Shown here: positions 28,273-38,645 of the stretch, piece after piece
Layout of the letters: every line of letters starts with the position of its first letter
Numbering within the stretch: the stretch's first letter is position 1
From: Nitrosopumilus sp.
GTDB taxonomy: Archaea > Thermoproteota > Nitrososphaeria > Nitrososphaerales > Nitrosopumilaceae
Direction of reading: 5' to 3'
DNA: 64,000 bases
Assembly (NCBI GenBank): GCA_963662625.1
Contig: OY759726.1
Span: forward strand, 1,728,001-1,792,000
The notes under the pieces: model-generated
Told to the model about the DNA's origin: nothing
Seen by the model: only the letters and a program-made list of their open reading frames with translations
Database searches by the model: none
Made by a program: the position numbers and the translations under genes

Positions 28273-29334
28273 ATGAAGAAGGTCTTCGTGAACGGGTACG
28301 GCTCCATAGGGCGCAGGATCGCGGCGTTCCTGGGGGACGATCCCGAGGTCACCGTGACCGGCGTCGGGAAATACTCCCCCGACGGCGGCGTGCGCGAGGC
28401 GGCGTCGAGGGGCCTTGACGTGTTCGTCCCCGAGCGCAGGCTCGCCGAGTTCGGCGGCCTGGGCGTCTCGGGCACCGTCGAGTCGGCCCTGGACGACTGC
28501 GACCTGGTGATAGACGCCTCGCCCGGGGGCCGCGGCTTCAGGAACAAGCTGGACCTCTACGCCCCCCGGGGCATCAAGGCCATCTACCAGGGGGGCGAGA
28601 CCACCGAGGGCGAGGCCGCGGTGTCTGACCTGCTCTTCAACTCGCGCTCGAACTACGGCATGGCGGCAGGCAGGAGCCACGTCATGCAGGGGAGCTGCAA
28701 CGTGACCGGGATGGGCAGGGTGCTGGAGCCCCTCCGGGACAGGTATGGCGGCAGGCTGGTCAGGTTCGACGTCACCCTCATCAGGCGCTGGGCCGACATC
28801 GAGCAGACGGACAAGCAGCTGGCAGACACGGTGGAGATCACCGAAAGCCCGCACCACGGCGACGACGTGAAGGCGTACCTCGGGAAGGACGCGCCGCTCT
28901 TCGTGCGGGCAGTCAAGGTCCCCTCGAGGCAGATGCACCTGCACGTGATGGACGTCAGGTTCGCCGGCGACGCCCCGGAGCCGTCCGAGATCCACGGGGT
29001 GTTTGCAGACGAGTTCGGCGTGGCGACGCTGTGGACCGCGGGGGGGACCAAGGAGGTGAGGGACTGCGCGGCGTCCATGGGGTTCAGCTTCACGGACACC
29101 AACATGATCCACATCCACGCCAACATGACCGCATCCGCGGGGGACACCGTCCAGATCATGTACTCCGACGACCAGACGGGGATCGTGATACCCGAGAACC
29201 ACATGCTGATGCAGGCCATGCTGTTCGGGAGGCCCTACGAGGAGGCGTTCGCCCACACGGAATCCGTGTTCCACATGAAGGAGAAGAAGGAGAGGCTGGA
29301 ATCGCACTTTGCCAGGAGGGGCGGCCCGCCGTGA
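28273..29334 (+). CDS. gap: Archaeal type II glyceraldehyde-3-phosphate dehydrogenase
   Basis: VFVNGYGSIGRR, IYQGGE, GSCNVTG, SPHHGDDV, IVIPEN. Confidence 0.92.
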   Translation: MKKVFVNGYGSIGRRIAAFLGDDPEVTVTGVGKYSPDGGVREAASRGLDVFVPERRLAEFGGLGVSGTVESALDDCDLVIDASPGGRGFRNKLDLYAPRGIKAIYQGGETTEGEAAVSDLLFNSRSNYGMAAGRSHVMQGSCNVTGMGRVLEPLRDRYGGRLVRFDVTLIRRWADIEQTDKQLADTVEITESPHHGDDVKAYLGKDAPLFVRAVKVPSRQMHLHVMDVRFAGDAPEPSEIHGVFADEFGVATLWTAGGTKEVRDCAASMGFSFTDTNMIHIHANMTASAGDTVQIMYSDDQTGIVIPENHMLMQAMLFGRPYEEAFAHTESVFHMKEKKERLESHFARRGGPP

Positions 29335-29355
29335 TCCCCGCGGCCCGCGCCGGGG

Positions 29356-30621
29356 TCACTCGCCGTCGCCGGCCTTCTTCTCGATCCTGATCTTCACGGC
29401 CCTGTGCTTCAGGACCTTCTCGATGGTTATCTTCAGGTTCCGCACCTCCAGCCTGTCGCCCTCCTGCGGGATGTCCTGCAGCCTCTCGTGGAGCAGCCCG
29501 TTGAGCGCCGCGTAGTCGTCCCCCTCGGGGACGTCCGTCTTGAAGATCTCGTTTATCCTGGTGATCTTGATCTCGCCGTTCGTCACGATGGTGTTCTGGT
29601 CCATCCTCTCGTATTCCACCGGCCTCGAGACGTCCGTCTCGTCCTCGATCTCCCCCACTATCTCCTCCAGGAGGTCCTCCAGCGTGACGAGCCCCTCGAC
29701 CCCCCCGTGCTCGTCTATGACTATCGCTATGTGCGTCTTCCTGCCCTGCATCTCCTTGAGCATGGAGCTGACCATCTTCTCCTGCGACACGAAGACGGGC
29801 TTCCTCGCGATCTGCTCGAGGCTCGCCATCTTGTTGTCCCTCTCGAGCTCCTTGAGGACGTCCCTCACGTGGATGAACCCCACTATGTCGTCCCTGTTGG
29901 CGCCGTAGATCGGGATCCTGGAATGCCCGCTCTGGTTTATCTGGGGAAGCGCCTCGAAGAGCAGGAGCTTCGAGTGCAGCGAGAACATCCTGGTCCTGGC
30001 CGTCATCACCGAGCGGATTACCGTGTCGTCGAACTTCAGGGCGCCGTGGACCATCTCCATCTCCTCCTTCTCCAGCGCCTTCTCCTCCAGCCCCTGCGCG
30101 ATCACGCCCTTGATGTCCTCCTCGGTGATCGGCGGCGGGAGGTAGCTGCTCCCGGTCACCTTCACCACCCCCTTCGTGACCATCTCGAAGAACTTGACCA
30201 CCGGGTAAAACACGTAGCTGAACCCCAGCAGGACCGGCGCGTAGCGCAGGGCGATCTTCGTGGAGTTGGCGTTGCAGTACGTCTTCGGCGTTATCTCGCC
30301 GAAGATCAGGATCAGGAAGGTCATTATCCCCACCGCGATCCCCAGCCCCTCGTCGCCGAAGAGCCGGAGCGCCACGCTGGTCGCGAGTGCCGACGCCCCC
30401 ACGTTTACGAGGTTGTTCCCGAGGTTCACGCTCGACATCATCCACCCGGGGTTGGTCTTCAGCTTGTGCAGGGCCTTGGATCCCTTCTTGCCCTCCTTCA
30501 GCAGCTGCACTACCTTGGCCTTGTGCACCCCGACCAGCGCGACCTCCAGCCCGCTGAAGAAGCCGGACGTCCCGAGGAGCAGGGCAAGCGCGGTCATCTC
30601 GACCCACAGTTCTGCCATCAT
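29356..30621 (-). CDS. CNNM/HlyC-CorC family transporter (TM + CBS pair + CorC)
   Basis: SGFFSGLEVAL, LGNNLVN, FGEITPK, HSRIPIY, DEHGGVEGLVTLEDLLEEIVGEI. Confidence 0.93.
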   Translation of the reverse strand: MMAELWVEMTALALLLGTSGFFSGLEVALVGVHKAKVVQLLKEGKKGSKALHKLKTNPGWMMSSVNLGNNLVNVGASALATSVALRLFGDEGLGIAVGIMTFLILIFGEITPKTYCNANSTKIALRYAPVLLGFSYVFYPVVKFFEMVTKGVVKVTGSSYLPPPITEEDIKGVIAQGLEEKALEKEEMEMVHGALKFDDTVIRSVMTARTRMFSLHSKLLLFEALPQINQSGHSRIPIYGANRDDIVGFIHVRDVLKELERDNKMASLEQIARKPVFVSQEKMVSSMLKEMQGRKTHIAIVIDEHGGVEGLVTLEDLLEEIVGEIEDETDVSRPVEYERMDQNTIVTNGEIKITRINEIFKTDVPEGDDYAALNGLLHERLQDIPQEGDRLEVRNLKITIEKVLKHRAVKIRIEKKAGDGE

Positions 30622-30784
30622 GCCCCCCCGAAAACTTCATGGGGGCGTTTGCTGCCGTCCATTTTACTTTTTAGACACCATCTCAGGTGATTAATGTCAG
30701 CGGAGCTTGTTTTTAAGGATTAAGCGCGGCGGGCGGGGGCCCCGGCCGCACAATCCTTGTATGTCGGCCGCCACAACGGGTGGC

Positions 30785-31603
30785 ATGGGCCTGTCAGACA
30801 CGTCGGCGCTGGTCCTGCTGTGGGCAGACGGCGCCGTGCACACCAGCCGGGACGCCAGGGCGTACCTGGGGTCGCTGGACCTGGAGGCGGGCATGGGGAT
30901 CCTCGGGAGGTGCAACAGGGTGTGGGCCCACTACGGCGAGGTTATAAAGAACAGGAAGCACTGCGTGCTGGAGGCTTCCAGGAGGATGCTGCGGGACCGC
31001 GGGATCGGCCAGATGGTCATACTCGGCGCCGGCTTTGACGCGCTGTCCGTCGAGATGCTCCACGGGGAGGGGGGCCTCGAGGTCTACGAGGCAGACTCCG
31101 CGAACATGCCCCTCAAGGAGCGGCTCGTCAGGGACGCCTGCCCGGGGCCGGCCCGCCACATCCACTGCGTGGACGCGGACCTGGGGGATCCGGCCGGCCT
31201 CGCGGGCGCGCTGGAGGGCAGGGGGTGGGACGCCCGGAGCCCGTCGCTCGTCGTGATGGAGGGCGTGTCGTACTACCTCGGCGCCGGCGAGATGTCCGGC
31301 CTGCTCCGCGCGTTCGGGCGTGGCGGCCGGAACCGCGCCGTGCTGGAGTACCTGCTGCCCGGCAGGTGCGTGTCGGGGGACAGGGCCCGCATACCCGACG
31401 GGGTGTTCGGGGCGATAGGCGACGCGTACGGCGTGCCGCCTGCCAGGTACGACAGGGGCGGGATTGCCCGCCTGCTGGGCCCCGGCGGCGCCGTCGACGC
31501 CGTGTACGGCATGGGGGAGATGGAGCTTGCGAGGACCGGCGGCAACGCGCACTTTGGGGGCGCCGGGTCCTGGTGGATCGAGGTCTGCGTCGCCAGGATA
31601 TAG
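30785..31603 (+). CDS. Class I SAM-dependent methyltransferase (LCM/TcmP-like)
   Basis: QMVILGAGFD, VYEAD, VDADL, VVMEGVSYYL. Confidence 0.85.
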   Translation: MGLSDTSALVLLWADGAVHTSRDARAYLGSLDLEAGMGILGRCNRVWAHYGEVIKNRKHCVLEASRRMLRDRGIGQMVILGAGFDALSVEMLHGEGGLEVYEADSANMPLKERLVRDACPGPARHIHCVDADLGDPAGLAGALEGRGWDARSPSLVVMEGVSYYLGAGEMSGLLRAFGRGGRNRAVLEYLLPGRCVSGDRARIPDGVFGAIGDAYGVPPARYDRGGIARLLGPGGAVDAVYGMGEMELARTGGNAHFGGAGSWWIEVCVARI

Positions 31604-31624
31604 CGCCTTCCCCCGCGGCCGATC

Positions 31625-32968
31625 CTACCGCTTCGGGGGCCTCGCGAACCGGTTCGCCGGGCTGTTGTGGTACTCCACCGGCAGCATCGGGTCCTTCTGC
31701 CTGCCAGTCAGGATGCCGACCACCGTGTCGTCCCTTCCTATCGTCCCCTCCTCCAGCAGCTTCCTGATCCCGGCCACCGACGCCGCCGACGCCATCTCGC
31801 AGTCAAAGCCGTTCAGCCCCACCACCGACATGGCGTCGAGCATCTCGGCGTCGGAGACGGTGGTGACCACCCCGTCGGTGAACTCGAGCGCCCGCAGCCC
31901 CTTCAGGATGTTGGCCGGCCGGCCTATCTGGATCGCGGTGGCCTTGGTCTTGGGCCCGGGGCCCCCCGCGCCCAGGCCCTCGTAGTACGCGTCGATCAGC
32001 CCCGTGTCGGGCCGTCCCCCGTTCCACCGCAGCTCCGCGCCCCGGAACCTGCCGTTGTACAGGTCCGACAGCGTGCACGCGCTCTCGGAGTTCACCACCG
32101 CGATCCTCGGCACCTTCTTGATCCACCCCCACTCGTGCAGCTCCATCAGGGCCTTGCCGCAGCTCGACGTGTTGCCCAGCGCCCCGCCGGGGTACACTAT
32201 CCAGTCGGGCGGCTCCCACCTCAGGTGCTCGAGGGCCCTGTACGGGATCGCCTTCTGCCCCTCGATCCTGAACGGGTTCACGGAGTTCACGGTGTAGCCG
32301 CCGCCTTCCCCCGCGTCGCCCAGCGACTGCTTCAGCGCGTCGTCGAAGTTGCCGTCCACCTCCACGATCTGCGTGCCGAACTGGTACGCCTGGCTGAGCT
32401 TCCCCGGCGCGATCTGCCCGGACGGTATGTAGACGTCGCACTCCATCCCCTCGTTTGCCGCGAACATGCCGGCAGACGCGGACGTGTTCCCGGTCGAGGC
32501 GCAGATTATCTTTTTCGCGCCTACCATCTTGGCGTGCGTCACGGCCGTCGCCATCCCGTTGTCCTTGAAGGAGCCGCTCGGGTTGTAGCCCTCGGGCTGC
32601 AGCCACAGGTTCGCGTTGGGCATCCCAGCGAACTCGGACACCCGGGTCATGTGGTACGGCTTCGACAGCCGCCCCTCTGCCCCGTCAAGCGACACGAGGA
32701 ACCTCGAGCACTGGTCCGCGTCCCCGGTGTCGATCTGGCAGAAGTTCAGGAGCTCCCTGAACCTCCACACCCCGCTCTCGTTGAAGATGCTGCCCTGCGG
32801 GTTCCTCCTCCTGTAGAACAGCTCCTTCAGCGACGCGGGGGGCGAGTCCCGGTACCTCACGTCGAGCAGGTGGCCGCGCTCGCAGGCCAGGCGGGTGCTG
32901 GCGATCGGGTATTCCATGCCGCACCGCGCGCCGATGCACTTCAGATATGCCCCGTCTTGCAATGGCAT
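31625..32968 (-). CDS. thrC: Threonine synthase
   Basis: EGYNPSGSFKD, CASTGNTSAS, NSVNPFRIEGQK, ATAIQIGRP. Confidence 0.93.
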   Translation of the reverse strand: MPLQDGAYLKCIGARCGMEYPIASTRLACERGHLLDVRYRDSPPASLKELFYRRRNPQGSIFNESGVWRFRELLNFCQIDTGDADQCSRFLVSLDGAEGRLSKPYHMTRVSEFAGMPNANLWLQPEGYNPSGSFKDNGMATAVTHAKMVGAKKIICASTGNTSASAGMFAANEGMECDVYIPSGQIAPGKLSQAYQFGTQIVEVDGNFDDALKQSLGDAGEGGGYTVNSVNPFRIEGQKAIPYRALEHLRWEPPDWIVYPGGALGNTSSCGKALMELHEWGWIKKVPRIAVVNSESACTLSDLYNGRFRGAELRWNGGRPDTGLIDAYYEGLGAGGPGPKTKATAIQIGRPANILKGLRALEFTDGVVTTVSDAEMLDAMSVVGLNGFDCEMASAASVAGIRKLLEEGTIGRDDTVVGILTGRQKDPMLPVEYHNSPANRFARPPKR

Positions 32969-33043
32969 CTGGGGGGGCCCGCGATATTTTAAGCTAAGAG
33001 TCTCCCCCCAAACTTTTAGATTGGCAGCCGCGGCACTGGGATC

Positions 33044-33418
33044 ATGGTGACCTACGACGAGTACCTCAGGGGGATCCTGGAGAGGGTCATGGAGTCCCAC
33101 GGGGCGCTGTCAGGCATGGGCGACAGGCCGGGCGACCTGGAGGCCATGAGGGTGGAGCTGCTGAAGATCAGGGGGTTCTTCCACGTCCTGGCTCACAAGA
33201 TCGACGCCGGGAAGTACCCCTCGATCGACGTGGCGGGGCTCCAGTCGCGGGCAGCGTCGTACCTGGAGTCGTACGACTTTGAGAAGGAGATGGACAGGCT
33301 GTCCCCGCTGTACGCAGACGACCCGAGCAGGCTCAGGAACCTCCGGCTTACGATACTGGACTCCCTCGACGACAGGAGGCTCATGGAATATATCTCCGAG
33401 GTGGCGGAGGGCCTGTAG
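33044..33418 (+). CDS. Hypothetical helical protein
   Basis: Clean ORF divergent from thrC, genome-typical codons. Confidence 0.7.
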   Translation: MVTYDEYLRGILERVMESHGALSGMGDRPGDLEAMRVELLKIRGFFHVLAHKIDAGKYPSIDVAGLQSRAASYLESYDFEKEMDRLSPLYADDPSRLRNLRLTILDSLDDRRLMEYISEVAEGL

Positions 33419-33535
33419 ATGGGACGGCGCGGGGGATGCGTGCTGTGCGGCTGCCGGGATCACCGCCTGCTGGGCTGCGCAAGGCACGCGGCAAAGAGGT
33501 GCAGCTGCTTTAGGGAGTGAGGCCGGACCGGGCGG

Positions 33536-33652
33536 TCACCTTGACTTTGGGCCCGACCTCACGTGGAAGTTCAGGCAGCACCGGCACTCGTTGGAGATGC
33601 ACTCGGATTCCCGGTGGTGACCGCATATGCCGCACTCGCAACTCCTGGCCAT
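33536..33652 (-). CDS. 38-aa Cys/His-rich miniprotein (not in ORF track)
   Basis: MARSCECGICGHHRESECISNECRCCLNFHVRSGPKSR*; TTATAT box about 25 bp upstream. Confidence 0.7.
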   Translation of the reverse strand: MARSCECGICGHHRESECISNECRCCLNFHVRSGPKSR

Positions 33653-33721
33653 GTGGATGGTTGCAGCCATTACCATATAACTAGTAGCGAAAATTTATCT
33701 GATCTGCATGTCAAATGGGGG

Positions 33722-34039
33722 TTATTTGCCTGACCTGGCCTTCCTTGAGGGCTTTTCGGCCCGCCCGACGAGCTCCCTTTCCACCGCGGCCTTGTCCTCC
33801 ACCACCTTGATTATCTCCTGTATCAGGCCGTCGAGGTCGCCGTCCGACGCCGCCGGCTCCACGGCCGTGGCGATGTCGTTTATGGTGCCGGATATCTCCG
33901 AGCTCACCTCCTCGAAGCTCTCCGGGTCCTCGTACGCTGCGTTGTAGAGCGCCTTGAGGTGGTTCACCTGGATTACCACCTGGTCGGTCAGCGTCAGCCG
34001 GAACTCCGTCCCGTTGACCTCTATGAGTTTCGAGATCAT
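33722..34039 (-). CDS. Hypothetical protein
   Basis: Clean acidic ORF with an AT-rich promoter-like upstream region. Confidence 0.75.
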   Translation of the reverse strand: MISKLIEVNGTEFRLTLTDQVVIQVNHLKALYNAAYEDPESFEEVSSEISGTINDIATAVEPAASDGDLDGLIQEIIKVVEDKAAVERELVGRAEKPSRKARSGK

Positions 34040-34146
34040 GTTTGAGATTTCAGGCTATAGCCCTTAAAAGGTTTCTAGCAAACCGGCGCGGCGCCGCCGC
34101 GCGGCGGCCGGTCCCGGCCGGGCGATCCCCCGGCGCTCCGGCCCCG

Positions 34147-34620
34147 CTAGAACACGATGTAGTCCAGCGCGGACGCGTCGCTGATCAGCGACGTGTGCCT
34201 CGAGCCCACGACGTAGCCGTTTTTGATGTCGGTTGCGGGCACCCACCTGTTGGTAGACGTGTAGTGCCTCTTCTCCGCAAGCTCCCGCTCTATGGCCTCT
34301 ATGTCGAACTCGCCCTCCTCCACCTCCTGCGTGGCGAGGTGCTTTATGGTCACCAGTATCTTCGTGACCTTTACGCGGTCGCCGAACTTCCACTTTATGG
34401 GGGGCACCTCGTCGGAGACCTCCAGCACCTTGATCTTCATCTGCTTGTTGCCAAACGCGTCGTGGCTCACCAGCGTGCGCTCGTCCGTGAACTCCTCGAA
34501 GCTTATCCGGGAGCCGGAGCGCGGCTCGGATTCCGAGACGGCCTCCAGGAGGGACTCGCTGCTCGGCTCGTCCTGCGGCAGCTCGGACTCGGCTTGCTCG
34601 GGCGACTTTTCGCTGTCCAC
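34147..34620 (-). CDS. Hypothetical protein
   Basis: Clean ORF, genome-typical codon usage. Confidence 0.75.
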   Translation of the reverse strand: MDSEKSPEQAESELPQDEPSSESLLEAVSESEPRSGSRISFEEFTDERTLVSHDAFGNKQMKIKVLEVSDEVPPIKWKFGDRVKVTKILVTIKHLATQEVEEGEFDIEAIERELAEKRHYTSTNRWVPATDIKNGYVVGSRHTSLISDASALDYIVF

Positions 34621-34649
34621 GGGTACCGTGCGTCGCCATCACTAAAAAA

Positions 34650-35207
34650 TCATTTGCTGCGCCTTGCCGCGGGCCGCCTCGTCTCGAACGGCATCTCCTG
34701 ATCCTCGAGGTCCAGCTCGGTCTTCTCGCCGTCGACCCTCGTGAACACCCTCCCCTCGTACGTGCAGTAACAGTCCGCCGGGGGCCGCCCCCCGTCCCAC
34801 GCCTTGAAGAACTCCCTCAGCTCCCTGCTCTCGTACACGCCGATCCCCAGCCGCTTCTTCGAGAGGAACTTGAACGCGAGGACGACGCGGCGCCTCCTGT
34901 AGAGGCCGAACGTGTCGATCCAGTCCTGGCACCTCCTGATCTGGTCTGCCGGCACCGGGAGGGACGTCGCCGTGCCGGACTTTGCCTCTATGGCGAACAT
35001 GGCCTTCCGGGCCGTGCTCACGGCAAGCACGTCGGGCAGCCCCGTGGTCGGGGATCCCAGCCTGAACGCCCTCCAGTTCCCCGCGGAGTTGAACCGCTTG
35101 ACGATTGCGTCCTCCCACTGGTACCCCCTCTGCCTCCTGGTCCTGGAGGCCTTCCTGTTGTCCTTCTCCGCCATGGCCACCCCGGCCACCGCGATCGCGT
35201 TCCCCAT
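34650..35207 (-). CDS. Hjc-like PD-(D/E)XK resolvase/endonuclease
   Basis: RGYQWE...AFRLGS....LPDVLAV......FAIEAKS. Confidence 0.82.
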   Translation of the reverse strand: MGNAIAVAGVAMAEKDNRKASRTRRQRGYQWEDAIVKRFNSAGNWRAFRLGSPTTGLPDVLAVSTARKAMFAIEAKSGTATSLPVPADQIRRCQDWIDTFGLYRRRRVVLAFKFLSKKRLGIGVYESRELREFFKAWDGGRPPADCYCTYEGRVFTRVDGEKTELDLEDQEMPFETRRPAARRSK

Positions 35208-35321
35208 GGTCTGGTGCGCATCCCGCCCGTTTAGTAGGGTTGGTAATTACACTATGACCGGGGCGCCTGCCACCCCGCGGCGCCGCGCCCGCCAGCTAGG
35301 GTTTTATGCGCGCTGCCCGGC

Positions 35322-36185
35322 GTGTTATGCATGGCCCTGGGAGGTGGCGTCGGCGTCCGCGGGATGGCCGAGAGGCTCGTCTCGCTGAAGCGGGAGTTTG
35401 CCGGCTCCTACTCGGGGGGCAGCCACATACAGGAGATCCTCCCGAAGACCCGGGGCGACTTTCCGATCGACGGCGGGCACCTGGCGTCCCTGCACCGCTT
35501 CGCCGAACGCAACCCCATATACCACGGCTCCTACGAGCAGGAGGTGTCGGGATCCGCGTGCGTCGTGTACGAGGGGGACATCAGCGGGTACTGGCTGGGC
35601 AGCATCAAGCACGGCTCCAGCTGCCAGCCGTTCTACCCGACGTGGATCCTCTCGGCGTACGTCGTGGCGGCGCGCGCGAGCTCCCTCGGCTGCCGCCGGC
35701 TGGTGGACATCGGCTCGGGCGACGGCAGGATCGCGTACTGCGGGGCGCTGCTCGGGCTCGACTCGCACAGCATAGAGATCGACGGCGACCTGGTCGGGCT
35801 GCAGTCGTCCATGGCGGATCCGTCCGGCCCGGCATTCAGGCCCGTCTGCGCCGACGCGACGGCCTTCGACTATTCGGCCATCGGCCCGGGCCCCTCGGCG
35901 TTCGTCATCGGGGGCCTGCCGCAGATGGGCGGGGACATCCTCGCGGACTCCGTCGTGGGAAGCGTCCTCCGGGGGGGCCCGCGCGGGAGGGACGCCACCT
36001 TCGTCCTCGCTGGGTCCCACGCCAGGAGGCCGCTTGCGGGGGGAGGCTGGGACGGCGGGGACGGCGGGTGGGGGCCGCTGATCAGGAAGCGCGGCCTGAG
36101 GGTGTCAGACACCGTCGTCCTCCCCACCGTCTGGACCTTCGACCAGGACTCCGACACCCCGTACATCTTCGCCAGGCCCGCCTAG
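35322..36185 (+). CDS. Putative class I SAM-dependent methyltransferase
   Basis: PFYPT...LVDIGSGDGRI...SIEID...CADAT; start uncertain. Confidence 0.75.
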   Translation: MLCMALGGGVGVRGMAERLVSLKREFAGSYSGGSHIQEILPKTRGDFPIDGGHLASLHRFAERNPIYHGSYEQEVSGSACVVYEGDISGYWLGSIKHGSSCQPFYPTWILSAYVVAARASSLGCRRLVDIGSGDGRIAYCGALLGLDSHSIEIDGDLVGLQSSMADPSGPAFRPVCADATAFDYSAIGPGPSAFVIGGLPQMGGDILADSVVGSVLRGGPRGRDATFVLAGSHARRPLAGGGWDGGDGGWGPLIRKRGLRVSDTVVLPTVWTFDQDSDTPYIFARPA

Positions 36186-36497
36186 CACGCGCACCTCGAA
36201 GAAGCACTTCCCGTCCCTGATCCCGCACCTCTCAAGCTCCACCCTGCTGCCCCTGGCGGGGGTGCCCGACGCCACGCCGCAGAGGATCCGGAACGAGCCG
36301 CCCATGTCGGCGACGCAGAAGTACCGCCCGTCCTGCCTCGAGAACTCCAGGACGGTCCCCTCGCGGGGCGCGTCCTCCCACGCCGCCGGCCGCAGGCACC
36401 TGCCGCAAAAGTCCGACGGCGGCCACGCCACGGCGCCGCACTCGGGGCACCTGGGCACGACGAGCCTCCCCCTCTCCAGCTCGGACTCGAAGGTCAT
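36105..36497 (-). CDS. DUF35 Zn-ribbon/OB-fold protein
   Basis: RCPECGAVAWPPSDFCGRC...GTVLEFS; overlaps the thiolase stop. Confidence 0.85.
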   Translation of the reverse strand: MTFESELERGRLVVPRCPECGAVAWPPSDFCGRCLRPAAWEDAPREGTVLEFSRQDGRYFCVADMGGSFRILCGVASGTPARGSRVELERCGIRDGKCFFEVRVLGGPGEDVRGVGVLVEGPDGGEDDGV

Positions 36498-37603
36498 CGC
36501 TCCAGCACCAGCACCGTCGACGACGTCGCGGCGGCCGCCATGTTGTGCACCAGGCCCACCCGCGGGCCGTCCACCTGGCGCCGTCCGGCCTCCCCCCGCA
36601 GCTGCCGCGCCACCTCCACGGCCTGGGCGATCCCCGTCGCCCCCAGCGGGTGGCCCGAGCCTATCAGCCCGCCCCTCGGGTTGATCCTGCGGTCCCCGGT
36701 CTCGTACAGCTCCCTGGCAAGCGCCGCGCCTCGCCCCTCCCCGGCAAGGCCCATGGACTCCAGCGCCATGGGCTCGCACACGGAGAACGCGTCGTGCACC
36801 TCGGCCACGCCGACGTCCCCCGGGGCGCGGCCCGACATGCGCAGCGCGTCACGCGCCGCGATCCCGGCTGACTCTATCGAGTCGAACGCCGCGCTGCCCG
36901 CGAAGGCGGCGGAGGTAGTCTTCTGCCCGATCCCGGTCACCCACACCGGGACGTCGGTTATCTCCCCAGCCCTCTCCTCTGACGCGAGCAGCACCGACGC
37001 GCCGCCGGTGCACGGCCTGGAGCAGTCGAGCAGCCTGACGTCGTCGGTGAGCCTCCTGGAGCCGAGCACGTCGCCCGCGGTGCACGGCCTCCCCGGCAGC
37101 GCGTGCGGGTTGTCGGCCGCCTGCCGGCGGTTCTTCACCGGCACCATGGCCAGGTCCTCGTCGGTGACCGAGTGCCTCCTCTTGTACGCGCTGGTGAATA
37201 TGGATGCCCAGTACACCGGGTGCCGGAACTCGCCCCGGGAGTCGTCCCAGTCCAGCACCCGGCCCGGGCAGTCGTGCCTGTCGGCGCCCGAGACCAGGGC
37301 CACGTCGGCTAGCCCGGAGGCGACGTGCGAGTACGCCGAGACCAGCGCGCTCGTCCCCGAGCTGCACATGCTCTCCACGGAGTGCGCCATGCGCGGCCGA
37401 ATCCCGAGCTTCTCCGAGAGTATCTGGGAGAGGTACTTTGAGTCGCTGTTGGTCGACACCACCACGGAGTCCACGGCGTCCCTGCCGGCGCCGCCGCACG
37501 ATCCGAGGAGGTCCCTGGCCGACTCTGCCAGGACGGACTCCACCGGCGCGTCGTCCATCGAGAACCCCGCCATGCCGCAGGCGGCGACGGCTACCCTCCT
37601 CAT
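36494..37603 (-). CDS. Thiolase-family (acetyl-CoA acetyltransferase) protein
   Basis: VESMCSSG, DCSRPCTGGA, AEVHDAF, INPRGGL..GHPLGATG. Confidence 0.92.
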   Translation of the reverse strand: MRRVAVAACGMAGFSMDDAPVESVLAESARDLLGSCGGAGRDAVDSVVVSTNSDSKYLSQILSEKLGIRPRMAHSVESMCSSGTSALVSAYSHVASGLADVALVSGADRHDCPGRVLDWDDSRGEFRHPVYWASIFTSAYKRRHSVTDEDLAMVPVKNRRQAADNPHALPGRPCTAGDVLGSRRLTDDVRLLDCSRPCTGGASVLLASEERAGEITDVPVWVTGIGQKTTSAAFAGSAAFDSIESAGIAARDALRMSGRAPGDVGVAEVHDAFSVCEPMALESMGLAGEGRGAALARELYETGDRRINPRGGLIGSGHPLGATGIAQAVEVARQLRGEAGRRQVDGPRVGLVHNMAAAATSSTVLVLER

Positions 37604-38577
37604 CCCCCCTCCGCAAACGTCCGCACTAGCAGCCCGAACGACTCCCCCACGTCCCCCACAGGGTTGAACTGGATTATCGGCATGTCGACGCCTGCCTCGC
37701 GGAACGCGCCGAGCCTCTCCCTGCACTCGCGCGGGGTGCCGGCTATGGCAAGCGCGTCCACCATCTCGTCGGTGACCATCTCGTGGTTGGAGGCCAGCCC
37801 GGACTCCCTGAACCCCCCGTAGATGGCCCCCGTCTCGGCCGCAAAGCCGTTCCTGGAGAGGAACTCCCTGTAGACCTTCCCCACGGACACGTAGAACGCC
37901 AGCGTCTTCTTCGCCCTGAGCACGGCCGCGTCCCTGTCGCGCGAGACGCACGTGATCAGCTGGCACGCCACGTCGATCCTCCGGCCCCGCTGCATGCGCG
38001 CGACGGTCCTCCTGATCTCGCCTACCGGCCGCAGGTAGAAGATCACGCCGTCCGCGACGTCCCATGCCAGGTCCACCATCCTCCTGTTCACGGCCGCCAG
38101 GTACACCGGGATCTCGCGCCTGTACGGCCTTATCAGCAGCGAGAAGCCCTTCAGCCTGAAGATGTCCCCCGAGTAGTTCGCCTTCCCCGTCGAGAGCACC
38201 GTCCTGACTATCTCGACGTACTCCCTCACCCGCCGCACGGGATCCTCGAACCGGTACCCGTGAAAGTCCTCCACTATGGGCACGCTGCTGGACCCCAGCC
38301 CCAGCACGAGCCGCCCGCGCGACAGCGTGTCCAGCGTGGCGGCCCCCATGGCCACGGCCGCCGGGCTGCGCGAGTACACGTTTACTATGGACGAGCCGAT
38401 CCTGCTGGTCCGGTTGGCCTGCGATATGGCGCCGAGCATGGAGAAGTTCTCCATCCCCCACGTCTCCGGGACCCACACCGTGTCGGCGCCAGCCCCCGAG
38501 AGCGCCCCGGCGCACTCGAGCACCTCGTCCACCGAGAGGAGCGAGCCCAGGCTGTATCCTAGCCGCATGCGTTCCAT
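37600..38577 (-). CDS. LLM-class (luciferase-like, probably F420-dependent) oxidoreductase
   Basis: VWVPETWG, IGSSIVNVYSRSP, TLDTLSRGRLVLGLG, IPVYLAA. Confidence 0.9.
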   Translation of the reverse strand: MERMRLGYSLGSLLSVDEVLECAGALSGAGADTVWVPETWGMENFSMLGAISQANRTSRIGSSIVNVYSRSPAAVAMGAATLDTLSRGRLVLGLGSSSVPIVEDFHGYRFEDPVRRVREYVEIVRTVLSTGKANYSGDIFRLKGFSLLIRPYRREIPVYLAAVNRRMVDLAWDVADGVIFYLRPVGEIRRTVARMQRGRRIDVACQLITCVSRDRDAAVLRAKKTLAFYVSVGKVYREFLSRNGFAAETGAIYGGFRESGLASNHEMVTDEMVDALAIAGTPRECRERLGAFREAGVDMPIIQFNPVGDVGESFGLLVRTFAEGG

Positions 38578-38645
38578 GCCACCGCCGCATATTCTAGTGT
38601 ATCTCTTATTAGCTCCGTGTGAATTATGGTTGAGGCCGGGTGTTA

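Noticed and set aside
36494-38590. 698-aa thiolase fusion
   Set aside because: The upstream half is an alternative frame of the LLM gene; thiolase begins at 37603.
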